Assembly: GCA_020345745.1 (NCBI GenBank) | Contig: CP070768.1 | Coordinates: 2,494,672-2,550,912 of the forward strand | From: Desulfobacterales bacterium | GTDB taxonomy: Bacteria > Desulfobacterota > Desulfobacteria > Desulfobacterales > UBA11574 | DNA: 56,241 bases | Direction of reading: 5' to 3' | In this document: positions 1 to 11,727 of the stretch, piece by piece | Layout of the letters: each line of letters opens with the position of its first letter | Position numbering within the stretch: the stretch's first letter is position 1 | Made by a program: the position numbers and the translations under genes | Notes under the pieces: generated by a model | Databases searched by the model: none | What the model saw: only the letters and a program-made list of their open reading frames with translations | Told to the model about the DNA's origin: nothing

Positions 1-3000
1 ACATGGTATCCAAAGAGGCTGTTGACTTCACGGGTTAATGCCAAGCTGGCCCTTAATTTCAATGAGTCAGACAGTGAGATAACCGTTTCTGTTTTATCAG
101 TGTTCAATAAATGAACATATGCTGGGCAGGAACCCGGATGCCCTTTCAAGATGTCATTTAATCTTATCAGCAATGTTTTGTCCGTCCGGGTAGCATCTAA
201 ATTGAAATGGATGCTTGCCGTCCAGAACTCATCCGCTTTATCTATGGATATGATTTTATCCGCCAACATTTTTATTGAATTTTCATCCTTTTGGAGCTGC
301 CCCTGAACGAGAATCGGAACATCTTCTGCTAACAGATGGTACACCTTTGCGTAAAGTGAAGAAAAAACAGTGATTTCAACCGATCCATGGAGGTCTTCTA
401 GGGTAACAAAGGCCATTAAATCGCCCTTTTTGGTTTTGATAATCTTGGTATGCCTGACCATCCCACCCATTCTGACAGCTTCGCCATCCTTTTTCCCCTT
501 CAGTATATGGCTGTCCACGTTGGCGAACTTTTCCAGCACAGCTTCATACCGATTGAGCGGGTGTCCGGTGATATAAAAACCAAGGGATTCCTTTTCAAAG
601 GTTAAGCGTTGCTTTTCACTCCATTCATCGATGTCGGGCATGGGGGGCAGATTGATCTCCTGTTGACCTTTCTCCAATTTAAACAACCCGATCTGGGGAT
701 CCAATTTTTCTTTTTGCACCCTTTGACCGTAATCGATGCAGTCCTCTAAAACTGCCATCATTTGCGAACGATAGTTCCCGGTAGAATCAAACGCGCCGCA
801 TTTAATGAGACTTTCAATCACCCGCTTGTTCACTTTTCTAAGATCAACACGTTCGCAGAACTCAAACAAAGAAGAGAATTTTTTCTCATTTCTGACCTCG
901 ATGATAGCATCAATGGCACCTTCCCCAACATTTTTGACAGCCACTAGTCCAAACCTTATCTTTGAACCGGTCGCGGTAAAGGCTTTGCCGCTGTCGTTGA
1001 TGTCAGGTGGCAGAACTTCTATGTTGGCACTTCGGCATTCTGCCATATACTTGACAACACCATCTGTGGATTGCATTTCACTCGTCAGCAACGAAGCCAT
1101 AAATTCCACGGGATAGTGAGCTTTTAAATAAGCCGTCTGATATGCAATAAGCGCATAAGCCGCGCTGTGGGATTTATTAAATCCATACCCACCGAATTTT
1201 TCCATAAGATAAAAAATCTTTCCGGCTTTATCAGTGAGAATGCCATTCTCCTGGGCACCCTGCATAAAATGCTCCCGGTGCTTGGCCATAATGGACGGAA
1301 TTTTTTTGCCCATCGCTTTTCTAAGATCATCAGCGTCAGACATTGAAAAATTCGCCAGCTCACTGGCGATTTTCATGACTTGCTCCTGATAAACGATGAC
1401 GCCGTATGTTTCTTGCAAAATTGATTCCAGCTCGGGGACAATGAATTCAACTTTTTTTCTGCCGTGTTTCCGGTCCACAAAATCATCAACCATCCCACTG
1501 TCAAGAGGCCCTGGTCGATAGAGAGCAACCAGTGCGATGACTTCGTCAAAGCGCTCCGGCCGAAGCCTCATCAGCAGGTCTTTCATGCCGGAACTTTCCA
1601 GCTGAAACACGCCTGTGGTCTCTCCGGACGAAAGCAGGCGATAGGTTTTGGAATCGTTTAAATCGAGGTTGGTATGATCCGGAGGATTGCCACCTTGTTT
1701 GGCAATCAGGTCCAATGTGTTGGCGATAACCGTCAGGTTACGAAGACCTAAAAAATCGAACTTGACAAGCCCGATCTTTTCAACACATTGCATGTCGAAT
1801 TGGGTGACCACCTCACCTTTTTTGCCTTTATATAGCGGTAGATATTCTACCAAAGGCTTGTCGGCAATGACAACACCGGCCGCATGCGTTGACGCGTGTC
1901 TTGGAAGCCCTTCCAGTACTCGGCAGATATTGATTAAATCAGCAACTTCGGGTTTTTTTTCCGCCAAATCCCTGAGTCTCGGCTCCTGCTTTAACGCCTC
2001 GTCGAGGGTGATGTTCAAAACATCAGGTATCATTTTGGCGATGGCGTCGACTTCATAAAGCGGTATGTCCAAAGCCCTTCCTACATCACGAATGACCGCT
2101 CTGGTTTTCAATTTTCCGAAAGTGATAATTTGGGCCACAAAATCACCACCACCGTATTTCTCCGCAACATACTTAAAGACCTCTTCTCTCCCGTTGATAC
2201 AAAAATCAACATCGATATCCGGCATGCTTTTTCGGGCCGGATTAAGAAACCGCTCAAAAATGAGGCCGTGCTCGATAGGGTCCAGATCGGTAATTCCAAG
2301 GGAATATGCGACTAGACTTCCTGCTGCAGACCCCCTGCCTGGGCCGACCGGAATTTGGTTATCTTTTGCGTAACGGATAAAATCGGCAACAATTAAAAAA
2401 TAACCGGAAAAGCCCATTGAGCTGATCAGTGAAATTTCATTTTCAACACGATCAATATATACCTGTTGGTCAAGGTCAGGATGCTTTGCGGTTACCCGCT
2501 GCAATATTTTTTCGAATCCGTCCCTAACCTTTTGTTCAAACAGTTCATCCACCGTCTGCCCAGACGCTGTTTCAAAATGGGGAAAGTGGTATGAGTCGAA
2601 ATCGAAGGTTAGGTTGCAGCGCCGGGCAATATCTACCGAGTTTTCAAGGGCACCGGGATAATCCTTAAACGTCGCAACCATTTCATCTTTTGATTTTAAA
2701 TACAACTGATCGGTACGAAATTTCAGTCTTTGTGTGTTCTGAACAACCTTGCCGGTTTGGACACACAAAAGTACGTCATGGGCGCGGGCATCTTCTTTGT
2801 TAAGATAATGGCAATCGTTCGTAGCAACTAGAGGAATGGAAAGCCTTTGGCTTATATCCAAAAGCATTTGGTTAACGTTCTCTTGCTCCTCAATGCCGTT
2901 GTTTTGGACCTCCAGAAAAAAACTGCCTTCACCGAATACGTCCTGGTAAAAGCGTGCGGCGTCTTCAGCTTGATCGATCCGTCCGGCTTGAATCAGTCCG

Positions 3001-3431
3001 GGGATTTCACCATGGAGGCAGCTTGACAGGCCAATGAGCCCTTCACTCAGGTTTCTCAAAACGTCTTTGTCGATTCGCGGCTTATAATAAAATCCCTCCA
3101 GTTGGGCAATGGAAGCCAGTTTGCATAGATTACGATAGCCGGTTTGATTTTCAGCCAGAAGGATCAAATGTGACAGCCCACCTTTATCCAGCGGCGTTTT
3201 TTCTGTAAGTCGCCGAGGGGCCAAATAACATTCGCAACCAATAATTGGTTTGATTCCCGCTTTGTTTGCTTTTTCATAAAATTCCAACGCACCGAACATG
3301 GTGCCATGATCGGTAATAGCTACAGCATCCATACCAAAATCGGCCACGCGTTTTAATAACGGTTCGATCCGAATGGCACCGTCCAAAAGGCTGTATTGGG
3401 TGTGGACATGAAGATGAACAAAATCGGACAT
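1..3431 (-). CDS. dnaE: DNA polymerase III alpha subunit; its 3-prime end runs off the window
   Basis: The minus-strand frame is open from the ATG at 3429-3431 to position 1. It is absent from the ORF track because no stop lies inside the window. My translation starts MSDFVHLHVHTQYSLLDGA (PHP domain) and contains GPGRGSAAGSLVAY, FDFLGLRNLT, YRPGP and FNKSHSAAYA. Confidence 0.93.
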   Translation of the reverse strand, partial: MSDFVHLHVHTQYSLLDGAIRIEPLLKRVADFGMDAVAITDHGTMFGALEFYEKANKAGIKPIIGCECYLAPRRLTEKTPLDKGGLSHLILLAENQTGYRNLCKLASIAQLEGFYYKPRIDKDVLRNLSEGLIGLSSCLHGEIPGLIQAGRIDQAEDAARFYQDVFGEGSFFLEVQNNGIEEQENVNQMLLDISQRLSIPLVATNDCHYLNKEDARAHDVLLCVQTGKVVQNTQRLKFRTDQLYLKSKDEMVATFKDYPGALENSVDIARRCNLTFDFDSYHFPHFETASGQTVDELFEQKVRDGFEKILQRVTAKHPDLDQQVYIDRVENEISLISSMGFSGYFLIVADFIRYAKDNQIPVGPGRGSAAGSLVAYSLGITDLDPIEHGLIFERFLNPARKSMPDIDVDFCINGREEVFKYVAEKYGGGDFVAQIITFGKLKTRAVIRDVGRALDIPLYEVDAIAKMIPDVLNITLDEALKQEPRLRDLAEKKPEVADLINICRVLEGLPRHASTHAAGVVIADKPLVEYLPLYKGKKGEVVTQFDMQCVEKIGLVKFDFLGLRNLTVIANTLDLIAKQGGNPPDHTNLDLNDSKTYRLLSSGETTGVFQLESSGMKDLLMRLRPERFDEVIALVALYRPGPLDSGMVDDFVDRKHGRKKVEFIVPELESILQETYGVIVYQEQVMKIASELANFSMSDADDLRKAMGKKIPSIMAKHREHFMQGAQENGILTDKAGKIFYLMEKFGGYGFNKSHSAAYALIAYQTAYLKAHYPVEFMASLLTSEMQSTDGVVKYMAECRSANIEVLPPDINDSGKAFTATGSKIRFGLVAVKNVGEGAIDAIIEVRNEKKFSSLFEFCERVDLRKVNKRVIESLIKCGAFDSTGNYRSQMMAVLEDCIDYGQRVQKEKLDPQIGLFKLEKGQQEINLPPMPDIDEWSEKQRLTFEKESLGFYITGHPLNRYEAVLEKFANVDSHILKGKKDGEAVRMGGMVRHTKIIKTKKGDLMAFVTLEDLHGSVEITVFSSLYAKVYHLLAEDVPILVQGQLQKDENSIKMLADKIISIDKADEFWTASIHFNLDATRTDKTLLIRLNDILKGHPGSCPAYVHLLNTDKTETVISLSDSLKLRASLALTREVNSLFGYH

Positions 3432-3826
3432 TTTTTAAAGGCTTTCTAAATCTTTGACCGGCCTGCTCCCCGCAAGTCCCGCCTTTTAAGGCGGGGTCTC
3501 GAGGGGGGCTATATGAAAATGAGAAAATCCTTACCGGGCGCGAAGCACTTCCGTACGGCAGAACCCCTCCTTTTAAGGTGGGGAGCTTCATTAAAACGGG
3601 TTTGAAAATTATCAATCGCCCTTAAGCTCAAGGCGGAGTAGCGGTAACTCCTCAATAAACAAGGGTTTATCTCACATATACGAGCTTAAGGCTTTTTGCA
3701 GGTAATTTTTAGCAGTTATGAACGGCGGTTTTAACCGCAGACGCATATAGAATATTTCGTGAATTGAAACCGGCGCTCCTACACAGAGATTAAGAGCCAA
3801 GGGGTAATTTAGAACCCCGTTTTTAA
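3432..3826. repeat. Intergenic mosaic of GC-rich stem-loops and repeat-family fragments
   Basis: Hairpins CCCGCC-ttttaa-GGCGGG (3478-3495) and CCCCTCC-ttttaa-GGTGGGG (3564-3583, one mismatch). The stretch cacagagattaagagccaagggg near 3782-3803 resembles the interior of the repeat at 21536-21679. Confidence 0.5.
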
Positions 3827-5350
<1,524 letters not shown>

Positions 5351-5584
5351 TTACCTTTTGCAATCTTTATTCATTCAAATCTTCCATATTTCTTTTCGCA
5401 AACAGATCTTTACAAAATATTCTATCGTATCCACATGTATATATTGAGTATTTCGCTGATTTATCCGTCACCGAAGTTGGACGGATTAACATTAGAGTTT
5501 TTGACAAATCCCGTCCATCAGGGACTATAGATTGGATGAAAAAGGGCGTTATTCAAAGGTTTCGAAAAAAAATGACGACCGGTC

Positions 5585-5614
5585 TTGACACCTTCTTTTC
5601 CCATTTTGTAAATA
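5585..5614 (+). promoter_or_regulatory. Sigma70-type promoter candidate for tsaC, implying a leaderless or near-leaderless mRNA
   Basis: TTGACA at 5585-5590, a 17-18 nt spacer, then GTAAAT/TAAATA at 5608-5614. The ATG is at 5622, only 8 nt after the -10 element, and there is no Shine-Dalgarno (SD) sequence. Confidence 0.4.
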
Positions 5615-5621
5615 ACATCGT

Positions 5622-6230
5622 ATGCTAATTCAAATTAATGACAAAAACCCACAGGGGCGACTTATCTCCAATGTCGTCGATATTCTTAATAAAGGAGGCA
5701 TCATCGCCTACCCAACCGACACCTATTACGGAATCGGTTGTGATATCATGAATAAAAAGGCGATTGAGAAGATCTACCAGTTAAAACAGCGCAATAAAAC
5801 CAAGCCGTTTAGTTTTATCTGCTCTGACTTCAAAAACATCAGCCATTATGCCAAGGTTTCCAACTACGCATACAAAACAATGAAGCGGCTCTTGCCGGGT
5901 CCTTACACATTTGTTCTCGAAGGGTCTAAACTAGTCCCCAAAATCATGCTGACGAAACGGAAAACCGCAGGCATTCGTGTACCTGACAACGCTATTTGCT
6001 TATCCATTGTGGAGGCTTTAGGTAATCCTATCATCACTACGAGTGCCACTAGACCGGACGGGACGATCTTCTACGACCCCTCATTGATTCACGATTATTT
6101 CCACCCCAGAATAGATGTCGTCATTGACGGCGGTCCTGTCCCTGGGTATCCCTCAAGTGTCATATCGCTGATCAATGATATACCAGAAGTTATTCGTAAA
6201 GGTAAGGGGGATGTCAGTATTTTTAAATAA
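5622..6230 (+). CDS. tsaC: L-threonylcarbamoyladenylate synthase (YrdC/TsaC family)
   Basis: 202 aa with YrdC-domain motifs IIAYPTDTYYGIGCD, KPFSFI, PGPYTFVL, GIRVPD and PIITTSA. Confidence 0.85.
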   Translation: MLIQINDKNPQGRLISNVVDILNKGGIIAYPTDTYYGIGCDIMNKKAIEKIYQLKQRNKTKPFSFICSDFKNISHYAKVSNYAYKTMKRLLPGPYTFVLEGSKLVPKIMLTKRKTAGIRVPDNAICLSIVEALGNPIITTSATRPDGTIFYDPSLIHDYFHPRIDVVIDGGPVPGYPSSVISLINDIPEVIRKGKGDVSIFK

Positions 6231-6290
6231 AAAAACGCCCCAAAAAAAGCGCGTCATAAATTTAGTGAATCTCCCAGCCTCATGCAACCG

Positions 6291-6540
6291 GGGTATCAAA
6301 ATGTGTTTAATTCTATATTCTTTGCCTGATTTAGGAATCACAGCGTGAAGCCTCTTGCAGCTTTTGCGCATTGTTTCTTGGCGAAGCGAAACGTCAAATT
6401 GCAAACTGTTTGAGAGCGTTAGCACGAGTTTTTGCAATTTAGTGCAGCAAGCTTAGAAACAATCAAAAGCTGCAAGTCAGCGAACGTAGGATTTTGAAAT
6501 CGTAATTGTCCGTAAACTTATTGAACAGCCATTTACCCCA
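6291..6540. repeat. Degenerate Rep-C-like repeat containing a 123-bp imperfect palindrome
   Basis: The arms CTTGCAGCTTTTG (6354-6366) and CAAAAGCTGCAAG (6464-6476) are perfect complements, with inner pairs attgtttct/agaaacaat and aaattgcaaa/tttgcaattt. Positions 6480-6540 resemble the reverse complement of the Rep-C module (cgtaattgtccg...ttgaacagcc). The left boundary is uncertain. Confidence 0.35.
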
Positions 6541-6608
6541 CCGCAAGCGGATGGGGTAATAAAAATCATAATAAACGAATTGGTTTGTGATAAATTTATT
6601 TAAAGACC

Positions 6609-7499
6609 CTATTCCGGTTGATACAGATAATCAGCAAAAAAATTTGCATGACCGAATTGGTCGATAACTGCTTTTACCAGTGAACCCGAGAGGTATTTAA
6701 GAAAGGGATATTTTTTATCTTTGGCATAGACGGTCGATATTTTACCTTTAATTCCTCCCATTCGGCCAGCCCACTCAATGGCATCTTCATAATTCCCCAA
6801 GCGATCGACAAGGCCAAGCATTTTTGACTCTTCTCCTGTGAAGATACGTCCGTCGGCCAGAGATTCCACCTCAGCCTGTTTCATCTTTCTGCCTTCAACG
6901 ATATCCATAATAAATTGTTTATGGATTTTCTTGGCGAAATCATGAAGAATTTTTTGTTCTTTTTCTTTCATTTCTCGAACCGGTGATCCGATATCTTTGT
7001 ATTCACCACTTTTTATGACAATGGGGAGCAATCCGATCTTGCGAAGCAGTTCTTCGTAATTGGTAAAACCCATAATCACACCGATGCTGCCGGTAATGGT
7101 CCCGGGATTTGCCACAATCCCGTCCGTTCCGGCAGCAATATAATAACCGCCTGAAGCGGCTATGGTCCCCATGGAAGCGACCACTTTTTTGGTGTCAGAC
7201 GTCTTTCTGATCTCCCGATAGATCTCCTGCGCAGGGCCGACGGCGCCTCCCGGGGAATTAATCCGGACCACGATCGCTTTAATGGATTCATCCTCTCGGA
7301 AACGTTTCAGGTTATGGATTGTGGTTTTAGCTTCTGTAATAATTCCGTCGATTTCTATAACACCAACTTTCTCTCCAAATTCGAAATCCGAATCCTTGAC
7401 AGAAAGCAGAAATAGGACAGTCACTCCGATTGCTGCAAATGTTACAATCGTAGAAAAAGTGAGGATAAAAAAAAGGTATGGATGTCTTCTTGAAAACAT
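6609..7499 (-). CDS. sppA: Signal peptide peptidase SppA, 36K type (S49)
   Basis: 296 aa with an N-terminal TM helix and the motifs SPGGAVGPAQEIY and ASGGYYIA. Confidence 0.85.
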   Translation of the reverse strand: MFSRRHPYLFFILTFSTIVTFAAIGVTVLFLLSVKDSDFEFGEKVGVIEIDGIITEAKTTIHNLKRFREDESIKAIVVRINSPGGAVGPAQEIYREIRKTSDTKKVVASMGTIAASGGYYIAAGTDGIVANPGTITGSIGVIMGFTNYEELLRKIGLLPIVIKSGEYKDIGSPVREMKEKEQKILHDFAKKIHKQFIMDIVEGRKMKQAEVESLADGRIFTGEESKMLGLVDRLGNYEDAIEWAGRMGGIKGKISTVYAKDKKYPFLKYLSGSLVKAVIDQFGHANFFADYLYQPE

Positions 7500-7689
7500 A
7501 ATGAGAAGATATTGTCGGTTATTTGTTGTGAGTATTAATCAACTCGTGTCCATCCAGAAATGAGGATTTTCGTTCTATATCAAGGGATGCGGAAAAATAA
7601 CCGCAAGCATATATGTAATATTCCGAGGATTAATTTTTGAGCATAACGCAGAGAGTGAGCAAAATGGCCATTTATGGATTGGCACTAAC

Positions 7690-9618
7690 CTATTCTTCAT
7701 TCAGCTTTTCCTGAAGGTTCTCTCGCAGAATTTCCCCGAACGTTGATGTGGCAGGTCTCATATTATTGACATACTCGGTCAATAAGTTTTGCTCGTCTTC
7801 GATTTCGAGGCGTTTAATGGACAGGCCGATCCTTCTCTCATGGCTGTTTATATTCATCACTTTGGCGGTAATCACATCGCCAATATTAAATTTACCGATG
7901 GGCGTCTTTATCTTTTCTTTGCTTATTTCAGACACATGCACAAGTCCTTCAATACCTTCTTCGAGCTCCACAAACACGCCGAAATCGGTCAGGTTGGTTA
8001 CTGTTCCCGTAATCTCTTTTCCAACCTCGTAGCGCTCCGCCACGGTTTTCCAAGGATCCTCCTGAAGTTGTTTTATCCCGAGCGAAAATCGCTCTTGCTC
8101 TTTTTCAATATCAAGAACAATGGCCTGTACCACCTCGCCTTTTTTATACAATTCAGAAGGATGTTTGATACGCTTCGTCCAAGAAATATCTGAAATATGA
8201 ACCAATCCGTCGATGCCTTCGCCGATACCAATAAAAAGACCAAAATCGGTAATGTTCTTGATCTTGCCCTCGATAGTTGTGCCAACCGGGTATTTTTCAC
8301 TGATGACATCCCACGGATTCGGAACGACCTGTTTCATGCCCAAGGAGATTCGTCTACTTTCCGTTTTGATGTCGAGTACCACCGCCTCGACAATATCGCC
8401 GACAGAAACAACCTTGGAGGGATGGCGAATTTTTCGGGTCCAGGACATTTCTGAAACATGTATGAGTCCTTCAACTCCTTCTTCCAATTCCACAAATGCA
8501 CCATAATCCGTGAGGCTGACTACTTTCCCGTTTATCCGGGAACCCAGTGGATATTTTTCGTTTGCTGTTGTCCAGGGATCTTCCGTGAGTTGTTTCATAC
8601 CCAGAGAAACCCTCTCCCGCTCAATATCAAGACTCAGAATCTTTACGTTTATTTTATCACCCACCGAGAAAAGCTCCGAAGGATGTTTGACGCGTCCCCA
8701 TGAAATATCGGTAATGTGAAGCAATCCGTCCACGCCACCAAGATCGACAAATATGCCATACTCCGTGATATTTTTTACGGTGCCCTCCATGACCTTGCCC
8801 TCGTGGATCTCGGCCAGGGTCTCAGCACGACTCGCTTCGCGCTCATCTTCTAAAATAACCCGTCTTGATAAAACGATGTTGCTCCGTTTTCGGTTAAATT
8901 TTAAGATCTTAAAAGTGAATGTCTTGCCTACCATCTCATCAAGGTTTCGGATAGGGCGTAAATCTGCCTGTGAACCGGGTAGAAAAGCCTGAACTCCGAT
9001 ATCAACGGAAAAGCCCCCCTTTACGCGATTCAAAATAACACCTTCCACTGTTCCATCTTCGTCGTAAGATTTTTTTATGTCCTCCCAAACCTTGACTTTT
9101 GCTGCTTTTTCTTTGGAAAGAATGACGCGTTCTTCCTCGTCGTCCCACCATTCCACCATCACATCAACCGTATCTCCCACATTGGCGTTTAAATTTCCAT
9201 TTTCATCCAAAAATTCTTGGATCAGTATTTGTCCCTCTGATTTGTACCCAATATCAACCAGGACATAATCTTTATCCACAGAAATAATTCTGCCGCTAAC
9301 GACCTCTCCTTCCGCAAAACGCATGAAGCTTTCTTCGTAGAGATCTATCATGCTCTCCATGCTGGTGTCCTGAGTTTGCCCCCTCTCGGGTCTGTCTGTT
9401 GAATCCAGGGGTTCCTCAACGCTGTCGATGGTATCTTTTTCGGGTACACCGTCCTGTTGGTCCTGGACCTCGTCAGATGATGTCTCTCCAACCGGATCCT
9501 CAGGTACGGCAACGTCTTCTTTTACGTCTTTTGGCTCTGAATGCTCTGCAACGCCCTCATCGGAAACGTCCTTCTGTTTTGAATTTTCGGTTAAATCGTT
9601 TTTCTTAACATTTTCCAT
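7690..9618 (-). CDS. rpsA: 30S ribosomal protein S1 with an acidic N-terminal extension
   Basis: 642 aa with six S1 repeats (for example [29 protein letters not shown]). AGGGGG lies 12 nt upstream of the ATG at 9618. An alternative internal start is M87 at 9360. Confidence 0.92.
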   Translation of the reverse strand: [642 protein letters not shown]

Positions 9619-9649
9619 TGAACAAAATACCCCCTAAACCGATTTATTT

Positions 9650-9820
9650 AAGAGACCCTTGAAAAATGCCCTCTTTAATCCAATCTTAAGGCCTGTTCCA
9701 CCAACCCTGCTGCTATGGAAGATCTTACCGAGGTGGTTAATACACTCGATTTTCCCCGATCCAAGCTCAGGACCTTCGATTCGGCCTTGGATAAAACTGA
9801 ACATTTTTCAAAGGTCTCTT
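9650..9820. repeat. Rep-A family MITE-like repeat (divergent interior)
   Basis: TIRs aagagacccttgaaaaatg (9650-9668) and catttttcaaaggtctctt (9802-9820). Lies between rpsA and cmk. Confidence 0.65.
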
Positions 9821-9898
9821 TGGTGCTGGCTTGACAAAGCTAGCATAAACGACTTGAATATCAGACTCATTTTTAAAAAACAATATTTTTTTTATCTT

Positions 9899-10567
9899 TT
9901 ATCGTCCGGAAATGTCAATATAGTGGAGCATCCTGTTAACCACCTGGTCAACAGACAGCTGGGATGAATCGATAATAATCGCATCTTCAGCGGGTTTCAA
10001 CGGGGCCAAATTCCTGGTGCTGTCATTTTCATCTCTCTGCTTCATGTCACGCTCGACTTCTTCAACCGTTTGTAATCCTTTCGATTTAAGCTCATCATAT
10101 CGTCGGGCTGCCCTGGTCTTGAGAGATGCATCGAGGTAGAATTTTACATCCGCATCAGGAAATACGACGGTACCCATATCGCGTCCCTCGAAGACGGCGT
10201 TTTTATCTTTTCCCATATCCCTTTGTAAATCCAAGAGACATCGTCTCACTGCCGGTCTAGCAGAAGCTGCCGAAGCAAACATCGATATTTCGGGCGTCCG
10301 TATTCGATCGGTGATATCCAAACCATTCGATATCAGACGCAAACCTCTCTCCGTAATAGCAAACGCCATATTTAATCGGCTGCAAAGATTCTCAAGGCCC
10401 TGGTCGTCATCGCTAGCGACGCCTGCTGCCAGTGCCTCGAAAGCCACACCTCTATATAGCGCACCGGTATCAATATATTTATAACGCAAACGATCGGCAA
10501 GCATTCGGCTCACCGTGGTTTTACCTGCCCCTGATGGGCCGTCTATTGTAATGAGGCGGCGTATCAT
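9899..10567 (-). CDS. cmk: Cytidylate kinase
   Basis: 222 aa with the P-loop ITIDGPSGAGKTT and YIDTGALYR. Its start overlaps the hisC stop by 4 bp (ATGA). Confidence 0.93.
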   Translation of the reverse strand: MIRRLITIDGPSGAGKTTVSRMLADRLRYKYIDTGALYRGVAFEALAAGVASDDDQGLENLCSRLNMAFAITERGLRLISNGLDITDRIRTPEISMFASAASARPAVRRCLLDLQRDMGKDKNAVFEGRDMGTVVFPDADVKFYLDASLKTRAARRYDELKSKGLQTVEEVERDMKQRDENDSTRNLAPLKPAEDAIIIDSSQLSVDQVVNRMLHYIDISGR

Positions 10568-11652
10568 CTTAAGGTTTTTTTAAGCGCCCTGATAAACCGA
10601 ACATTCTCTTCATGAAGCCCCACATTAATTCTAATATAATGCGGATATCCGTAGGATTTCATTGACCTGACAATAACGCCCTGTTTAAGCATTTTTTCAA
10701 AAGCCACATCAGCCTCTTCTTTAACATCGATCATGAAAAAATTCGTCTGAGTGGGAAAATAGGTTATCCCCAAGTCGTCTAAAGAAGCCTGTAAAAATGC
10801 CAACTCACTGTGCACCAGACGCTTTACATTTTCAAGGAACGTTACGTCTTCAATTGCTGCACTCGCACCGATTTGGGCCAAAGAATTGGTATTAAAAGGC
10901 ATTCTAATCCTGTTTAGCAAATGAACCATTTCTTTCGGCATCACCCCATAGCCGATACGAAGTCCGGCCAGTCCATATGCTTTGGAAAATGTACGCAGGG
11001 TAACCAAAGGCCTGTTGTTATCAATGTATTCTATACTTCTGGCGCACCCGTCATCCCTTACGAATTCAATATATGCCTCGTCAACAATCACCAGCACGTG
11101 GGGCGGAATATTATCAATAAATTTCTCAAAATCTTTTTTATAAATGATCGTTCCAGTCGGATTGTTGGGATTGCATAAAAAAACCATCCGGGTCTTATCG
11201 GTTATCCGATCTGCCATTCGGTCCAGATCGATTGAAAACGATGTCAAAGGGACGGTTACCGGTATGCCACCCGCACCCCGGACGGATATGTCGTACATAA
11301 GGAATGAATGAGAGGGAAATAGCGCCTCATCCCCGGGTTTAAGCAGTACTTGGGTCAGCATGCCTATAATCTCGTCTGAACCGTTACCTAATAAAATATT
11401 ATGCGGGGGCAAACCCAAATATTCCGAAATTTTGTGTATTAGAACATATCCGCCTCCGTCAGGATACCGGTGCAATTTTTCAGTAGCGCTCTGTATGGCT
11501 TTTAGGGCCATTGGGGAAGGTCCAAGGGGATTTTCATTGGAAGCAAGCTTGATGGAATCATCAATCCCATATTCCCTTTCAAGCGCTTCAAGGGGCTTTC
11601 CGGGAATATAGGGTTTTATAGATAAAATGTAATCAGGGACAGACAGTTTCAT
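10564..11652 (-). CDS. hisC: Histidinol-phosphate aminotransferase
   Basis: 362 aa with LASNENPLGPSP, NPNNPTG and the PLP-lysine motif RTFSKAYGLAGLRIGY. Confidence 0.9.
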   Translation of the reverse strand: MKLSVPDYILSIKPYIPGKPLEALEREYGIDDSIKLASNENPLGPSPMALKAIQSATEKLHRYPDGGGYVLIHKISEYLGLPPHNILLGNGSDEIIGMLTQVLLKPGDEALFPSHSFLMYDISVRGAGGIPVTVPLTSFSIDLDRMADRITDKTRMVFLCNPNNPTGTIIYKKDFEKFIDNIPPHVLVIVDEAYIEFVRDDGCARSIEYIDNNRPLVTLRTFSKAYGLAGLRIGYGVMPKEMVHLLNRIRMPFNTNSLAQIGASAAIEDVTFLENVKRLVHSELAFLQASLDDLGITYFPTQTNFFMIDVKEEADVAFEKMLKQGVIVRSMKSYGYPHYIRINVGLHEENVRFIRALKKTLR

Positions 11653-11727
11653 TTTTTATCCCAACCCAAAAGCTGCAATATCTTTTCTTTGTCGACATTT
11701 TACATGCAGTTTTAAGGTGCTAAGGCA

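Noticed and set aside
3274-3615. 113-aa minus-strand ORF spanning the dnaE start and the upstream spacer.
   Set aside because: It starts at a TTG inside the stem-loop repeat region and runs out of frame into dnaE. The real gene here is dnaE, starting at 3431.
6153-6437. 94-aa minus-strand ORF.
   Set aside because: It overlaps the 3-prime end of tsaC and runs through the palindromic repeat region. No SD.
9659-9967. ORFs beginning MKN... at 9659, 21544, 21671 (minus strand) and 36194.
   Set aside because: Each initiates at the TTG of the repeat terminus CC(T)TTGAAAAA, so they are by-products of Rep-A inverted repeats and not conserved proteins.
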